A stretch of 64,000 nt of DNA, taken from positions 1 to 64,000 of IMG/VR virus record IMGVR_UViG_3300045978_000140, one strand, 5' to 3'. Made by a program: the position numbers and the translations under genes. Shown in pieces: positions 25,500 through 35,384 of this stretch. Source of the DNA: a virus. Each line of letters opens with the position of its first letter. Position 1 is the stretch's first letter. The notes beneath the pieces were generated by a model. That model did no database searches and had not been told where the DNA came from. It worked only from the letters and a program-made list of their open reading frames with translations.

Positions 25500-27538
25500 T
25501 AGACAGTCACCTTAAGGGTTCTTTTGAATTGCCCTTCTACTCTTACAATGAAAGAGTTCCTTTGGGTATCAGAGAAACCTACACCAGTAAGTTGTCTGTC
25601 ACTAGGTTCCACTTTTAGTTTGGCTCCCAGTACTTCAAACACTTTTCTGTTGGTAGTAAGTTCTTCTTTAAGGAATTCATTATAGAACCCTCTTGGTGTC
25701 TCATCATTCTTAGCTCCTTCAACAATGAAGAAGACATGTTTATTACCTACTGGTTTACCATCCCAATGATTTGGACTGTTCATAACCATAGTTACCTTTT
25801 GAAACTTGTTTGTTGCTACACCCCATCTTTCTTTGGAGTATATCTTTCCAGCTCCTACAGATGGATCTAATTTGGAGGTGATACTAAATCCATCCTTCTT
25901 GGAGTACATAACCTCAGCAATAACTTGAGTTCCCTGTATATTACCTGATTTGGAGAATTCAAATATCTGACCATCAAACTCAACCTGAGCAGAGAATCCA
26001 TGATTTCTTCCTCCATCATAATTTACAATAGAGAACAAATATTTACCCTCTTGCATCTTACTGATGTCTGTCCAGGTGATATTTTCTATACCAACATTGG
26101 AAGGTCGAATCATATCTACATCCAAATGACCAGTCATAGGAGTTTTACTATGAGCTCCTTTATAAGTACTATAATAAATATGAGTACCATTTGGTTCATG
26201 AGCATGTGCATCAAAGTCCACAACATCTTTCTGACCTGGGTTATCATTCCACTGGATAGTGAAACGTAATACTCCATCAACATTACCTCCTGCTTCTTTC
26301 ACTCTCTCCTTCATACTATCAGCTAAGTTATTAGCATATGACCAAGAGAATGAATTGCTCCACTTGAACAAGCTTGGGGATTCAGGTACCTGAGGAGCAA
26401 TTACACTCACAAGGTTAGATAAGTGATTATTCTCCACTAAAAGCTCTACACTTTTACTAGTAGGTAATACTTCAGATATAAACTTATCAAGGGTTATTTC
26501 TTCTATCTTGCTGAAGGATCTAGGATGAACAAGAGTATCCTCTTTCATCTCACCAAATACATCAGTAGCTGGCTTAGCATCTCTGTTGACGAATAGAACA
26601 TTCTCCACAGAGATATCTTCAGGAGTAGCAAATCTTCGACCCAATGATTCTTTAAGGCCTAATTCATCCACTTTCTTCTCAGCCTCATCAATCATACCCT
26701 TAGTGATAAGAGCAGTTGGACGCTTATAGTTAGTAGGAGCTACTACACGCTCATAAGATGTAACAGCTGTGTCAATACTTACTCCTGTAGACAAGTCAAT
26801 TAGGAGAGTACCAATAGCTGAATTACGAATCTTCTGAACATTGAATCCAACTTTGGTACTATGATGCCACACAAAGTTATCATTTCTGTTTTGTTCCTTT
26901 CTATACTCAACAAACACAGCTTTGAACTGGTTTACTGTAGCCTGGAATTCATTACCTCTATATAGGGAACCCTGAGCTATAAGCTCAAGCACTGTATCTA
27001 CAGCATCAAGAGTGAACTCCTCAAGAGCTCTTTTGAATACATTCTTACCATCTCTCCATTGAGATAGGAGAGTATCTTTGTCTTGTTTCTTCACCTTCAC
27101 ATAAGCAGGCGCTTCAACATAGAAATGAGTCCACTCACATTGAGCATCCAAATCATAATTTCTGTCTGTTCCCAGATTCAAGAAATCATTAATGAATCTA
27201 TTTTGGATAGCAGAGGCACGAACTATGTCTCCCATATCTCTAACAGATTTTTCATATACAGGTTCAGTAGGAAGAAAATCCCACACTGTTTTGAGGGTAT
27301 TATCCTCAATAATAACAATCTTGCCATAATTCTTAATAAAGATTCTACAGCAATTACAATTATGGTGCTGTCGCTCTTCTTCTGACTCAAAGCCATTTAG
27401 ATAAGCTTCCCACAATTTGTCTCGTTCTGTGTCTGTAATAAACAGTACACTCCCTGTTGCAACCATCTTGTCGAACTGGGCTTTAACCTGATCTTTTACA
27501 CTTTTAAACATATTGATTGGTTTTTGATTAATACACAT
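25499..27538 (-). CDS. Large hypothetical protein (679 aa)
   Basis: Long ORF, no motif confidently recognised. Has an HHNCNCC cluster. Confidence 0.55.
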   Translation of the reverse strand: MCINQKPINMFKSVKDQVKAQFDKMVATGSVLFITDTERDKLWEAYLNGFESEEERQHHNCNCCRIFIKNYGKIVIIEDNTLKTVWDFLPTEPVYEKSVRDMGDIVRASAIQNRFINDFLNLGTDRNYDLDAQCEWTHFYVEAPAYVKVKKQDKDTLLSQWRDGKNVFKRALEEFTLDAVDTVLELIAQGSLYRGNEFQATVNQFKAVFVEYRKEQNRNDNFVWHHSTKVGFNVQKIRNSAIGTLLIDLSTGVSIDTAVTSYERVVAPTNYKRPTALITKGMIDEAEKKVDELGLKESLGRRFATPEDISVENVLFVNRDAKPATDVFGEMKEDTLVHPRSFSKIEEITLDKFISEVLPTSKSVELLVENNHLSNLVSVIAPQVPESPSLFKWSNSFSWSYANNLADSMKERVKEAGGNVDGVLRFTIQWNDNPGQKDVVDFDAHAHEPNGTHIYYSTYKGAHSKTPMTGHLDVDMIRPSNVGIENITWTDISKMQEGKYLFSIVNYDGGRNHGFSAQVEFDGQIFEFSKSGNIQGTQVIAEVMYSKKDGFSITSKLDPSVGAGKIYSKERWGVATNKFQKVTMVMNSPNHWDGKPVGNKHVFFIVEGAKNDETPRGFYNEFLKEELTTNRKVFEVLGAKLKVEPSDRQLTGVGFSDTQRNSFIVRVEGQFKRTLKVTV

Positions 27539-27818
27539 CTATTGTTGGATAATTTTCCTTTAGAAACGCTGTTCTGTAAGCTCTGAACTGAGGCCAGAAC
27601 TCATCACATGAAACATGATTAAATGGTACACCTATAGCAAACTTCAGTGCACTTCTTTGAGTACTACCAACTGTCAATATCTTGGTATCTTCATCAAAGC
27701 TCCTAAAGTTAAACCATCTTGGTGATTCTGCAGGAAATCCTATTGTTACAAAAAGTCCACACACAATGTGCATGGACTTATCTAATTCTTCTTTAATTGG
27801 AGTAATATAATCTATCAT
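27528..27818 (-). CDS. Hypothetical protein
   Basis: 96-aa ORF. Confidence 0.45.
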   Translation of the reverse strand: MIDYITPIKEELDKSMHIVCGLFVTIGFPAESPRWFNFRSFDEDTKILTVGSTQRSALKFAIGVPFNHVSCDEFWPQFRAYRTAFLKENYPTIDVY

Positions 27819-28129
27819 ACTTCTACTTTTAATACGTCCTTTAAATAATGGTGCAAAGATATATAAAGTTCCAATATAGCGTCATCACTTAGACGAACAT
27901 GAGAAACCTTTATTTTACCCTTACAATGTAGACCATAGTCTACACCTGGACCATCAGTTACTTCTGATGTTAAAGCTACAAACTGCATCTCATTAGAATC
28001 TATAATATCCTCTTCCTTTTCAACTTTGTCTCTGTTTGTTTTAGTATAAATAGAAGTTCTTCTGTTGTGACCTCTAGTAATCACAGCATTCTTATATGAT
28101 TTGATAGTTAGTTTTTTGTTTTTTGACAT
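27815..28129 (-). CDS. Hypothetical protein
   Basis: 104-aa ORF. Confidence 0.45.
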   Translation of the reverse strand: MSKNKKLTIKSYKNAVITRGHNRRTSIYTKTNRDKVEKEEDIIDSNEMQFVALTSEVTDGPGVDYGLHCKGKIKVSHVRLSDDAILELYISLHHYLKDVLKVEV

Positions 28130-28232
28130 GATTGTGTTAGTTTACGTTAAATGAAAAGCCCTACTCTCGTAGAGCTTGTTTTTTTAATACCAGTTTTTGT
28201 GCTAAATTCTTTCCCATGATTTATTAAAGGGC

Positions 28233-28257
28233 AAGCCCCACGTATTAGGTGGGGCTT
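28233..28257 (-). terminator. Hairpin / possible bidirectional terminator
   Basis: Perfect 7-bp stem GCCCCAC / GTGGGGC with a 7-nt loop, 20 nt downstream of the stop of 28278-30902. Weak T-tract. Confidence 0.4.
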
Positions 28258-28277
28258 ACAATATTATTATGGGGCGA

Positions 28278-30902
28278 TTACTGTTTAATCACTCGCAGAG
28301 TTTTTACCTCTGTCGCTTGATTCAGAATCACATTATAAATTCCTGTTGGTAAACCATCACCAAATTGTAAGCTATTGGTTTCTTCAGGATTGAAATATAT
28401 TTGCTCAATGCTTCTACCACGCATGTCATAGATACTCATGTGCAATTGGTCTGGATTAGTCAGTGGTCTAACATCCAAAGAAAATGCATTAGTGAATGGA
28501 TTTGGGTAAGCTTTCACTGATTCCAATCCACTAGCGTTGCTCACTTTCTTATTTACTCCCTTTACTCTTGCACCTGCACCATTACATTGGTCAGTTTTGT
28601 CATTAGGAGAGAATTCAACATCACAGTGGTTATCACCACCTTCATTGTTATATCCATCTAATAAAGCACCAATGTTTAAGCAATTATTTTCAGCAAATGC
28701 TGTGTTAACCAAAGTGATTAACTCTCCTTGAGTAGGAATACCATAAGGTAATCCTTCACAGATGTTCAACAATGCTGCAACAGATTGTCTTCCAAGGTTT
28801 TCACAATTAGTGTTACCTTTCAAGTTCAATACCTCTAATAATGTCAAGTTAGCAAGATTAGCAGGAGCACCTGTAAATACAGTTCCATATAGTGTACATG
28901 TTTGGATACCCTCACAAGACCATGCTTGAGTATGGTTTTTCCAGTATCCTAATGTACAACCATTAAGTAGACATTGTTCTACAGTAATAGATTGACTACA
29001 AGGAGCTGAGGTGATACCACAAGCATCTGTAGCTGTCCAAGTTGCTGTATGAACATTACCTACAACAGTAATAACTGGACCACTAAGTATTACTTCAGCA
29101 CATCCACCACTAACTGTTGGAGGAGTAAATACTGGTGTAGTATTACATGCAATTGTTTCATTAGGAGCACACAATAGTGTAGGTCCTGTAGACTCTTTCC
29201 AAGTAAATCTTTGTGTACATGTTACACCATTAGGATAACAATCAGTAGTTACTCTCCATGTGCGAATTTGTTCTCTAGCACAAGGCTCTCCTAATACAGG
29301 ACCATCCTCATGTGTTAACACATAAGCACACAATGAAGTTACAGTTGGAGGTAAATCAGGTAATCCTACTGGATTACAATCTAAATCTCTACCAGCAACA
29401 CATTGAATCTGAGGTTCTGGAGCTGGGTCAACAATAAATCTTGCTGTTCTCATTAATGGAGGAAAACAGTTTGGATTAGCTACCCAAGTAACCAATACAT
29501 CACCACCAGCACATCTGTCAGGTTCTGCACCTGAAGGTTGTGGAGTAACCACTAATGGTCCACATTCACTACCTGCTGTCACAGAAGCTAAGAAATCTAA
29601 CCATCTTGTATGAATTTCTGCTTGAGTAGTACATGCTAAAATACGCACATCACTTCTCTCAGAGATAAATGGAGCTAATGGTCTTACTACTTCAAATGTA
29701 GCTGATACTACAATAGGTGTAGCAAGACATTTATCAGTAATGGTAGCTGTTACAGTGATAGGGTCACCACCACAAGTACCTGGGTCTCCATGAGCACTCA
29801 ATTGTACTTGAGGGTCACATCCACCTGTAGCACCAAATTGTGCTAACCAAGCAGCAAACTGTTGAGCCAATGACTCTTGAGTTGTCACTTGACAGAATGG
29901 AATAACCACATCAGCAGGTTTAGATGGAACTACAGCAGGTGCTGATGTAATAACAAATGTAGATGAACATTCATCCACCTGACCACAAATATCAACTACA
30001 CGATTAGTAACAGTCACACTGGTACCACAAGCACTAATCACAGGATTAGGAGGAGTAACAGTAACTGTATGCTCTACAGGAGGAGTTCCACCATTGTATG
30101 TAAATGCAGTTCTCCATGCATTATATGCAGCTAATGCTGCAGCATCATTTGCATAGAAACAAGCATTCACATTAATAGGGTCTGGACACACTGCAGTAAT
30201 TTGTACCTCAGGAGGATTTACCAGATTAATAACAGGAGAAACATCACTACATCCACTACAATCAGTAATTGTAAGAGTGTATGGGCCAGGTGCTAAACCT
30301 GTGAAGACACCAGTGTTGTTTGTTGCACCACCAGGATTTAATGTAAATGTGTAATTACCACATGCTCCTGGAAGATTAAATAAACCTGCTTCATCTCCTA
30401 CTCTAGTACCAAAGTTTACAGCAGTAATAGTACCTGGGTCATTAAAACAGGTCTGTACAGATGGTGTACCTTCAACTTGTACCACTTTAGTAACAGCTGA
30501 GGTAGAACAAGTACCTAATCCTGGTCTGTTAACATAAGATAGTCGTACAGTAGCTTGTCCTGCAAGAGGTCCAGTAGTAATTATAACTGAATTAACTGGT
30601 CCATTCAAGACTGCAGGAAGAGGATTAGCATTTCCACTAGAAAAGAAGACAGCACCACCAGTGGTATCAGAGATAATCTCCCATAAGAGAGGCTCTCCAT
30701 TGGTCCCACCAAGAGTTGTTGTTGCAATTGCCACATTTCCACCAGCACAAGTGAGGTCAATGAGCTGCTCAGGATTACTGTTAGGAACAATAGTACGTGG
30801 ATTGATACACGTTTGAGCAAAAGTATTGGTAACAGCAAATGTCACCAAACAAATCAGTGTTAGTAATCTCGCTTTGAAATTACAGGGTAGAATTTCTTTC
30901 AT
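28278..30902 (-). CDS. Secreted Cys-rich repeat protein with T9SS C-terminal sorting domain
   Basis: Signal peptide ...LICLVTFAVTNTFAQ. Many evenly spaced Cys. C-terminal ~80 aa KAYPNPFTNAFSLDV...HMSIYDMRGRSIEQI...LPTGIYNVILNQATEVKTLRVIKQ fits the Por/T9SS CTD (TIGR04183-like). Confidence 0.7.
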   Translation of the reverse strand: MKEILPCNFKARLLTLICLVTFAVTNTFAQTCINPRTIVPNSNPEQLIDLTCAGGNVAIATTTLGGTNGEPLLWEIISDTTGGAVFFSSGNANPLPAVLNGPVNSVIITTGPLAGQATVRLSYVNRPGLGTCSTSAVTKVVQVEGTPSVQTCFNDPGTITAVNFGTRVGDEAGLFNLPGACGNYTFTLNPGGATNNTGVFTGLAPGPYTLTITDCSGCSDVSPVINLVNPPEVQITAVCPDPINVNACFYANDAAALAAYNAWRTAFTYNGGTPPVEHTVTVTPPNPVISACGTSVTVTNRVVDICGQVDECSSTFVITSAPAVVPSKPADVVIPFCQVTTQESLAQQFAAWLAQFGATGGCDPQVQLSAHGDPGTCGGDPITVTATITDKCLATPIVVSATFEVVRPLAPFISERSDVRILACTTQAEIHTRWLDFLASVTAGSECGPLVVTPQPSGAEPDRCAGGDVLVTWVANPNCFPPLMRTARFIVDPAPEPQIQCVAGRDLDCNPVGLPDLPPTVTSLCAYVLTHEDGPVLGEPCAREQIRTWRVTTDCYPNGVTCTQRFTWKESTGPTLLCAPNETIACNTTPVFTPPTVSGGCAEVILSGPVITVVGNVHTATWTATDACGITSAPCSQSITVEQCLLNGCTLGYWKNHTQAWSCEGIQTCTLYGTVFTGAPANLANLTLLEVLNLKGNTNCENLGRQSVAALLNICEGLPYGIPTQGELITLVNTAFAENNCLNIGALLDGYNNEGGDNHCDVEFSPNDKTDQCNGAGARVKGVNKKVSNASGLESVKAYPNPFTNAFSLDVRPLTNPDQLHMSIYDMRGRSIEQIYFNPEETNSLQFGDGLPTGIYNVILNQATEVKTLRVIKQ

Positions 30903-30989
30903 AATAATAAAAAATTTTAAAGTTTATCAAAATTAACTAAAACTTTTAAATCATGAAAAAAAAGATAGCACTAAAAACTAGGTATTTAA

Positions 30990-31286
30990 TTATTTTTTAC
31001 TCTCAATAGGTCGCATACGTTTCTTAAAACTTGACTTATGCATAGTATAGACCTTAGGGTCTTCTTTCTCTCTACAGAATTGGACACAATATTTATCCTT
31101 TCCAACTACTTGTATAGTATCACATCTAACAATACCTGGTTCTAAGCCCCAGCTATTATAAAACAAATATCTGTTACCAATACTGATAGTAGGTATCTTA
31201 TTGGTAATCTCAGCTGTAAACTTAGGTGTGCCACAGCTACACAATGCAGCTATGGCAGCTAATGCTAATAAAATAAACTTTCCCAT
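30990..31286 (-). CDS. Lipoprotein
   Basis: MGKFILLALAAIAALCSCGTP lipobox. Confidence 0.5.
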   Translation of the reverse strand: MGKFILLALAAIAALCSCGTPKFTAEITNKIPTISIGNRYLFYNSWGLEPGIVRCDTIQVVGKDKYCVQFCREKEDPKVYTMHKSSFKKRMRPIESKK

Positions 31287-31591
31287 TAGTTCTCACTATT
31301 TTCATCTGGTTTAGAAATTTTATCCAGATGTCTTATCATATTAGCAGTTTCACGTAGCACTTCATTAGTCTGAAGAGCTTCTTTAAGCTCATTACCAATA
31401 TGAATAGTGGCTATAAGAGCCAATTCCTCTTTAGTATATGTTTCTACCAAATGATTAAACACCTCTACAGGTGCTTCATCTTGATTACGCAGTCTGATAA
31501 TAAATAACATTGTGTCTTTTGTTTTATTATCAATCTCCTTAGGATGAGCAGTAAAGTACTCATAGGCTTTTTTATTTTCTTCTGTTACCAT
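31286..31591 (-). CDS. Hypothetical protein
   Basis: 101-aa ORF. Confidence 0.45.
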   Translation of the reverse strand: MVTEENKKAYEYFTAHPKEIDNKTKDTMLFIIRLRNQDEAPVEVFNHLVETYTKEELALIATIHIGNELKEALQTNEVLRETANMIRHLDKISKPDENSEN

Positions 31592-31602
31592 GGTTTTTAA
31601 AT

Positions 31603-31806
31603 TTATGGTTTATATCCAGTTAACTTCTTCCAACGTCTCTCAAGGACATTATACTGATGTACAACATCACTATCAATACGATTACCATAGAAAAGTCTTC
31701 TCATGTTTTCTTCAACACGAGCTACTTCTTCTTCATGTCTCTTTTGAGCAAGAAGAGGTAATTCAGTAGGTATTTTCATAGCAGGGGATATTATCATTTC
31801 TGACAT
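31603..31806 (-). CDS. Hypothetical small protein (start trimmed to MSEMIISPAM)
   Basis: The internal ATG at 31806 is preceded by 'aaacaatcaaaatt' (same pre-ATG context as the gene at 39612) and a terminator hairpin. The upstream ORF-track extension overlaps the 3' end of 31877-32668 out of frame. Confidence 0.45.
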   Translation of the reverse strand: MSEMIISPAMKIPTELPLLAQKRHEEEVARVEENMRRLFYGNRIDSDVVHQYNVLERRWKKLTGYKP

Positions 31807-31831
31807 AATTTTGATTGTTTGGGGTTGTGTG

Positions 31832-31865
31832 TTTGAATAAAAAAGACTCCCAATTAAGGGAGTCT
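31832..31865 (-). terminator. Rho-independent terminator
   Basis: Stem AGACTCCC/GGGAGTCT with loop AATTAA, then TTTTTTATT on the minus strand. Downstream of 31877-32668. Confidence 0.6.
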
Positions 31866-31876
31866 TTCCTGGATAA

Positions 31877-32668
31877 TTACTTAGATTCAGAATCTTTAGA
31901 CGTCTTAGACGAATCTTTAGACGAGTTTTTAGACGAATCCTTTTCTGTGTTTGATGATTGTGAACCATTAGATGTTGGTACTGCTGGTGAGTCAGAAACT
32001 GTTCCTTCTTTAGCTGTATGAACAGTAGCCTCTTCTCTTTTAGAAGATTTTTGCTCTTTTACCTGAGATTTTTTAGCATCAAGCACAGCTTTCCAGAATG
32101 ATTTGAAAGATTTATGATCTTTAGGGTTAACACCAAAGATGCTGCTTCCTCCAAATACATCAATTACTTTCACATCAATCTCCTTACCTCCTTTGCTTTC
32201 CAAAGCAGATTTAATCAAGCTGGCAATATCTTTTACCTCTTGTGGAGTATCCTCAGGAAATTCAATTCCTTCAGATGTAGTTCCAGCAGAACGTGGAAAT
32301 ACTCTGTTCAACACTTTCTCAGGGTCAAATTTAGGAGAGTTAGTATCACTCACCAATGGATAAAACTCCTTAACAGCAGCAGCTGTGATTTCTTTCCAAT
32401 CCAAATCCTCACCAAACATAAGCTCATATGTTTTAGCAATCTGACCTACCTGGCCATCAAGCTTAGCTAATGTTTTGGTTAATTTGTTAATAGCACAACA
32501 TAAACAGTTGCTATCTTTACTTTGACGTGGTGGTTGTCCTCCTGACAGCAATTGATTCAAATACTCCTGTGCGATAATATACTTACCCACAGTTGCTGCA
32601 GCAACCTCTACTAATGCTACTTTAGCTTGAAACTCATTTCTCTTTGCGTGTTTTTCAAATACACTCAT
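31877..32668 (-). CDS. Hypothetical protein with low-complexity S/K/D-rich C-terminal tail
   Basis: 263 aa ending ...KDSSKNSSKDSSKTSKDSESK. Confidence 0.5.
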   Translation of the reverse strand: MSVFEKHAKRNEFQAKVALVEVAAATVGKYIIAQEYLNQLLSGGQPPRQSKDSNCLCCAINKLTKTLAKLDGQVGQIAKTYELMFGEDLDWKEITAAAVKEFYPLVSDTNSPKFDPEKVLNRVFPRSAGTTSEGIEFPEDTPQEVKDIASLIKSALESKGGKEIDVKVIDVFGGSSIFGVNPKDHKSFKSFWKAVLDAKKSQVKEQKSSKREEATVHTAKEGTVSDSPAVPTSNGSQSSNTEKDSSKNSSKDSSKTSKDSESK

Positions 32669-32685
32669 AATTAAAATATTAAAAA

Positions 32686-32988
32686 TTAAACATTAAAAAA
32701 TACAATTTGTTTGCCATAGTATCTGTCTTCTATGGCTGTTCCTATCTGGCACAGGATAGTAAAATACCTTGTGCCATTCAATAGAAACCATGAAATATTA
32801 TTCTCGCTATAGTAATTATTCTGAAATGCACTATCTCTCTCCAACTTGTGGATCTTTTTTATTTGCTTTAGAAACCTACCCTTAGCGAGTCTATATTCCA
32901 TATAGTCTATTTCAATCTGAGATTCAAATAGATTGTCTGCTATCTTAACAGACTGGCGAATAGCACCAATGGACTCATACTCCAACAT
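32686..32988 (-). CDS. Hypothetical protein
   Basis: 100-aa ORF. Confidence 0.45.
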   Translation of the reverse strand: MLEYESIGAIRQSVKIADNLFESQIEIDYMEYRLAKGRFLKQIKKIHKLERDSAFQNNYYSENNISWFLLNGTRYFTILCQIGTAIEDRYYGKQIVFFNV

Positions 32989-33247
32989 GGTCTAATTCTT
33001 CTACACCACAATATACTCTTAAGAGCTCCTTTACTTCCTCATTGATCTTCTTAGAATAAGCAAGTTCAATGTTGATATAAGGATAATATTTGATGATTGT
33101 TTTAGCCTTAGGAATTGTGTTCAATAGATACATCAGATGTAAATCTGCAATAGTGTGTACATCCAATGCTTTAAGCACATTCTTAGCTCTCACTGTAATA
33201 TCCATATCCTGTATGGCCAGATTACGCTGTTCAATGTATTTATTCAT
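32975..33247 (-). CDS. Hypothetical protein
   Basis: 90-aa ORF. Confidence 0.45.
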   Translation of the reverse strand: MNKYIEQRNLAIQDMDITVRAKNVLKALDVHTIADLHLMYLLNTIPKAKTIIKYYPYINIELAYSKKINEEVKELLRVYCGVEELDHVGV

Positions 33248-33585
33248 AATTTCTTAGGTTATTTATAATGGGTCCAAATTACCTTAACCACTGGTAAAAG
33301 CCCTTATTTTACTTGATATTTCAACATTTTTGTGTTATATTTATGTATCAATTTGTGCTGGGCACAAAGAAATAAATCAGGTGTTAATTGCCTCACTATA
33401 AACTACTTAGCGAAAATAAGAGATGTGAGGGTTGAATGTGAAAACATTCTTGAAGGGTTTAAAGGGTATGACGACTTTTAAAAACTGATTTATGGTTCCC
33501 TTTATAAAAAAGGTGTCTCTTACAGCGAAGCTGTAGGAAACCCTTCTTTGGTTTTAAAGAAAAATAATAATTAAAAATCTAAGTC

Positions 33586-33726
33586 ATGGCAACAAAATTT
33601 ATTCCTTGTGATGAAAGCTCTCAAATCTATAGTTTTCAGCGTACTACTAAAAAAGCTAAACAGGTAGACTTAAATGTAAATACAAAATATAAACCTAATA
33701 CGTTTAAAAAACTAAAAGGTAAATAA
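33586..33726 (+). CDS. Possible 46-aa basic peptide on the opposite strand within a 560-bp non-coding region
   Basis: MATKFIPCDESSQIYSFQRTTKKAKQVDLNVNTKYKPNTFKKLKGK, followed directly by a plus-strand terminator. Confidence 0.3.
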   Translation: MATKFIPCDESSQIYSFQRTTKKAKQVDLNVNTKYKPNTFKKLKGK

Positions 33727-33732
33727 TAAAAA

Positions 33733-33767
33733 AGGGGATGATTGCAAATCCCCTTTCTCTTACAAAC
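33733..33767 (+). terminator. Rho-independent terminator (plus strand)
   Basis: Stem AGGGGAT/ATCCCCT with an 8-nt loop, then TTCTCTT. Confidence 0.5.
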
Positions 33768-33811
33768 TAACCTCTAATCAAGATCCTGCATATGCAATCA
33801 GGCAGGTGGGA

Positions 33812-34102
33812 TTATTCAGGAGTGTCTTCAAAATATTTAAGTTTATTCCACAACCACAAAGGAATATACGCTATATGTAAATTATAATGTATACTCTCTA
33901 TTTTACTCTTAGGTACCCAGGTTTTACCATCCTTAGTTAAGAACAGCAACGCCTTATCAGTCTCAGCAACTATATCATGATAACATAGTTCAGTTCTTCT
34001 GTTATCATTATAATGATATCTTGCTCTATACCTCCTTCTACCATAATCTCCATTCCAATCATCTGGTGGTATATCATGTCCAAAGTCAGAAGCATAACTC
34101 AT
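33812..34102 (-). CDS. Hypothetical protein
   Basis: 96-aa ORF. Confidence 0.45.
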   Translation of the reverse strand: MSYASDFGHDIPPDDWNGDYGRRRYRARYHYNDNRRTELCYHDIVAETDKALLFLTKDGKTWVPKSKIESIHYNLHIAYIPLWLWNKLKYFEDTPE

Positions 34103-34479
34103 ACACAGTTCTCTACAAGATTATCAATATCATCCTGGGTAAGCTTTGTTCTGGCTAAGATTTCCATAATAGCTTCATCAGTAGCCATTATGTCCTTATA
34201 GAGCTTCGTTGTTTTAGCTATACGTTTCAATCCTACACCTCTGAACATATGAACTTGATCACCATCAACAACAATATCACCCACCATAGTACTTCTCTTC
34301 CCTGGTGATGCATATGCAGGATTAAAATCATTCTGGGCCTGATAAAACACGCTCACTAAATTTCTAGCCTCTACAGTACCCACGTACTCAAAATCACATA
34401 CATCTAATTTGCACATGATATTAAGGAATCCCTCTTTAGGATGATAGATTCCATATCTACGTAATTTAGTCTTTGCCAT
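34099..34479 (-). CDS. Hypothetical protein
   Basis: 126-aa ORF. Confidence 0.5.
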   Translation of the reverse strand: MAKTKLRRYGIYHPKEGFLNIMCKLDVCDFEYVGTVEARNLVSVFYQAQNDFNPAYASPGKRSTMVGDIVVDGDQVHMFRGVGLKRIAKTTKLYKDIMATDEAIMEILARTKLTQDDIDNLVENCV

Positions 34480-34597
34480 ATGTTATTAAACCTGTATTAA
34501 AATATGATTTCAATTTTTTACCTAATTCATGAGCTAATTCATAATTCTCATCATGTATAGCTTGATCTATTTGTTCTTTAATTTCTAATTCATCCAT
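34466..34597 (-). CDS. Possible 43-aa small ORF downstream of the conserved intergenic motif
   Basis: MDELEIKEQIDQAIHDENYELAHELGKKLKSYFNTGLITYGKD. ATG preceded by 'aaaacacaaaacaatcaaataacagaaaa'. Confidence 0.25.
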   Translation of the reverse strand: MDELEIKEQIDQAIHDENYELAHELGKKLKSYFNTGLITYGKD

Positions 34598-34610
34598 TTT
34601 TCTGTTATTT

Positions 34611-34719
34611 GATTGTTTTGTGTTTTACACCTAAAACCTCAGGGCTAAAAAATGAAGCCTGTAAAAAACCCTGAGGTAACTAAGGTGCGCTCAACATCTT
34701 GCGAAGTTATTTTAGTTTA
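34611..34719 (-). promoter_or_regulatory. Conserved intergenic element, copy A (hairpin plus CTCAACATCTTG..GTTATTTTAGTTT box)
   Basis: About 75% identical to 39618-39706. Nested hairpin ACCTCAGGG/CCCTGAGGT. The outer stem shows a compensatory change relative to copy B. Confidence 0.45.
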
Positions 34720-35119
34720 TGTATTTCCTGTATGTGTTACCACTACTTGAAGTCACCCATATGAATAATTTACCTTTCTTGCTAACATACACAGGATATT
34801 TAGACCCATGATATATCGCTACATCACTAGTCCTATGTGCTCCACCATAACCTATACTATCATTCTCCTTCTGATCTAAATCATATGTCTTCCACTCACC
34901 CTTATAAACAGGCTTGGGTTTCTCCTGATTTGGTTGCATATCAGCAGGCAAATAGTTTGTCTGACTCTTGGTATACCCACTCACTACCTTATACGCTCTA
35001 ACAGAAGAGCCCTTATAGCTATCAGCCATTGTAATAGTGCTTAACTTTACAGGTTTCTGATACTGACCATGTACTATTGTTCCCAATAGCATAACACCTA
35101 ATACTAATAGTTTTTTCAT
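34712..35119 (-). CDS. Secreted protein (signal peptide)
   Basis: MKKLLVLGVMLLGTIVHGQ. Confidence 0.5.
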   Translation of the reverse strand: MKKLLVLGVMLLGTIVHGQYQKPVKLSTITMADSYKGSSVRAYKVVSGYTKSQTNYLPADMQPNQEKPKPVYKGEWKTYDLDQKENDSIGYGGAHRTSDVAIYHGSKYPVYVSKKGKLFIWVTSSSGNTYRKYIN

Positions 35120-35382
35120 AATAAATGATATTTATTGTTCATAAATCTTAAATACGCAGCAAAGCACACAGATACGAATATACCATATCCCACTTTGATG
35201 TAGTTGTCATACTGCTCAATATGCTCAAGATTACACTCACCATGGCATGCATATATAACTCCATATGTGATTAAAGCACTAGCAATTGAACACAATATCC
35301 AAATAACAGCTAATCCTATAAGGATTTGTATTATTATTAATATTGTCATAATCAATGGTCTTTTAGGTTTATCCTCTTCCAT
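35116..35382 (-). CDS. Small membrane protein
   Basis: Two hydrophobic helices, LIMTILIIIQILIGLAVIWILCSIASALITYGVIYA and another. Confidence 0.45.
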   Translation of the reverse strand: MEEDKPKRPLIMTILIIIQILIGLAVIWILCSIASALITYGVIYACHGECNLEHIEQYDNYIKVGYGIFVSVCFAAYLRFMNNKYHLL

Positions 35383-35384
35383 GA

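Noticed and set aside
31807-31968. N-terminal extension of ORF 31603-31968
   Set aside because: It overlaps the 3' end of 31877-32668 and a terminator hairpin. The internal ATG at 31806 has the conserved start context.
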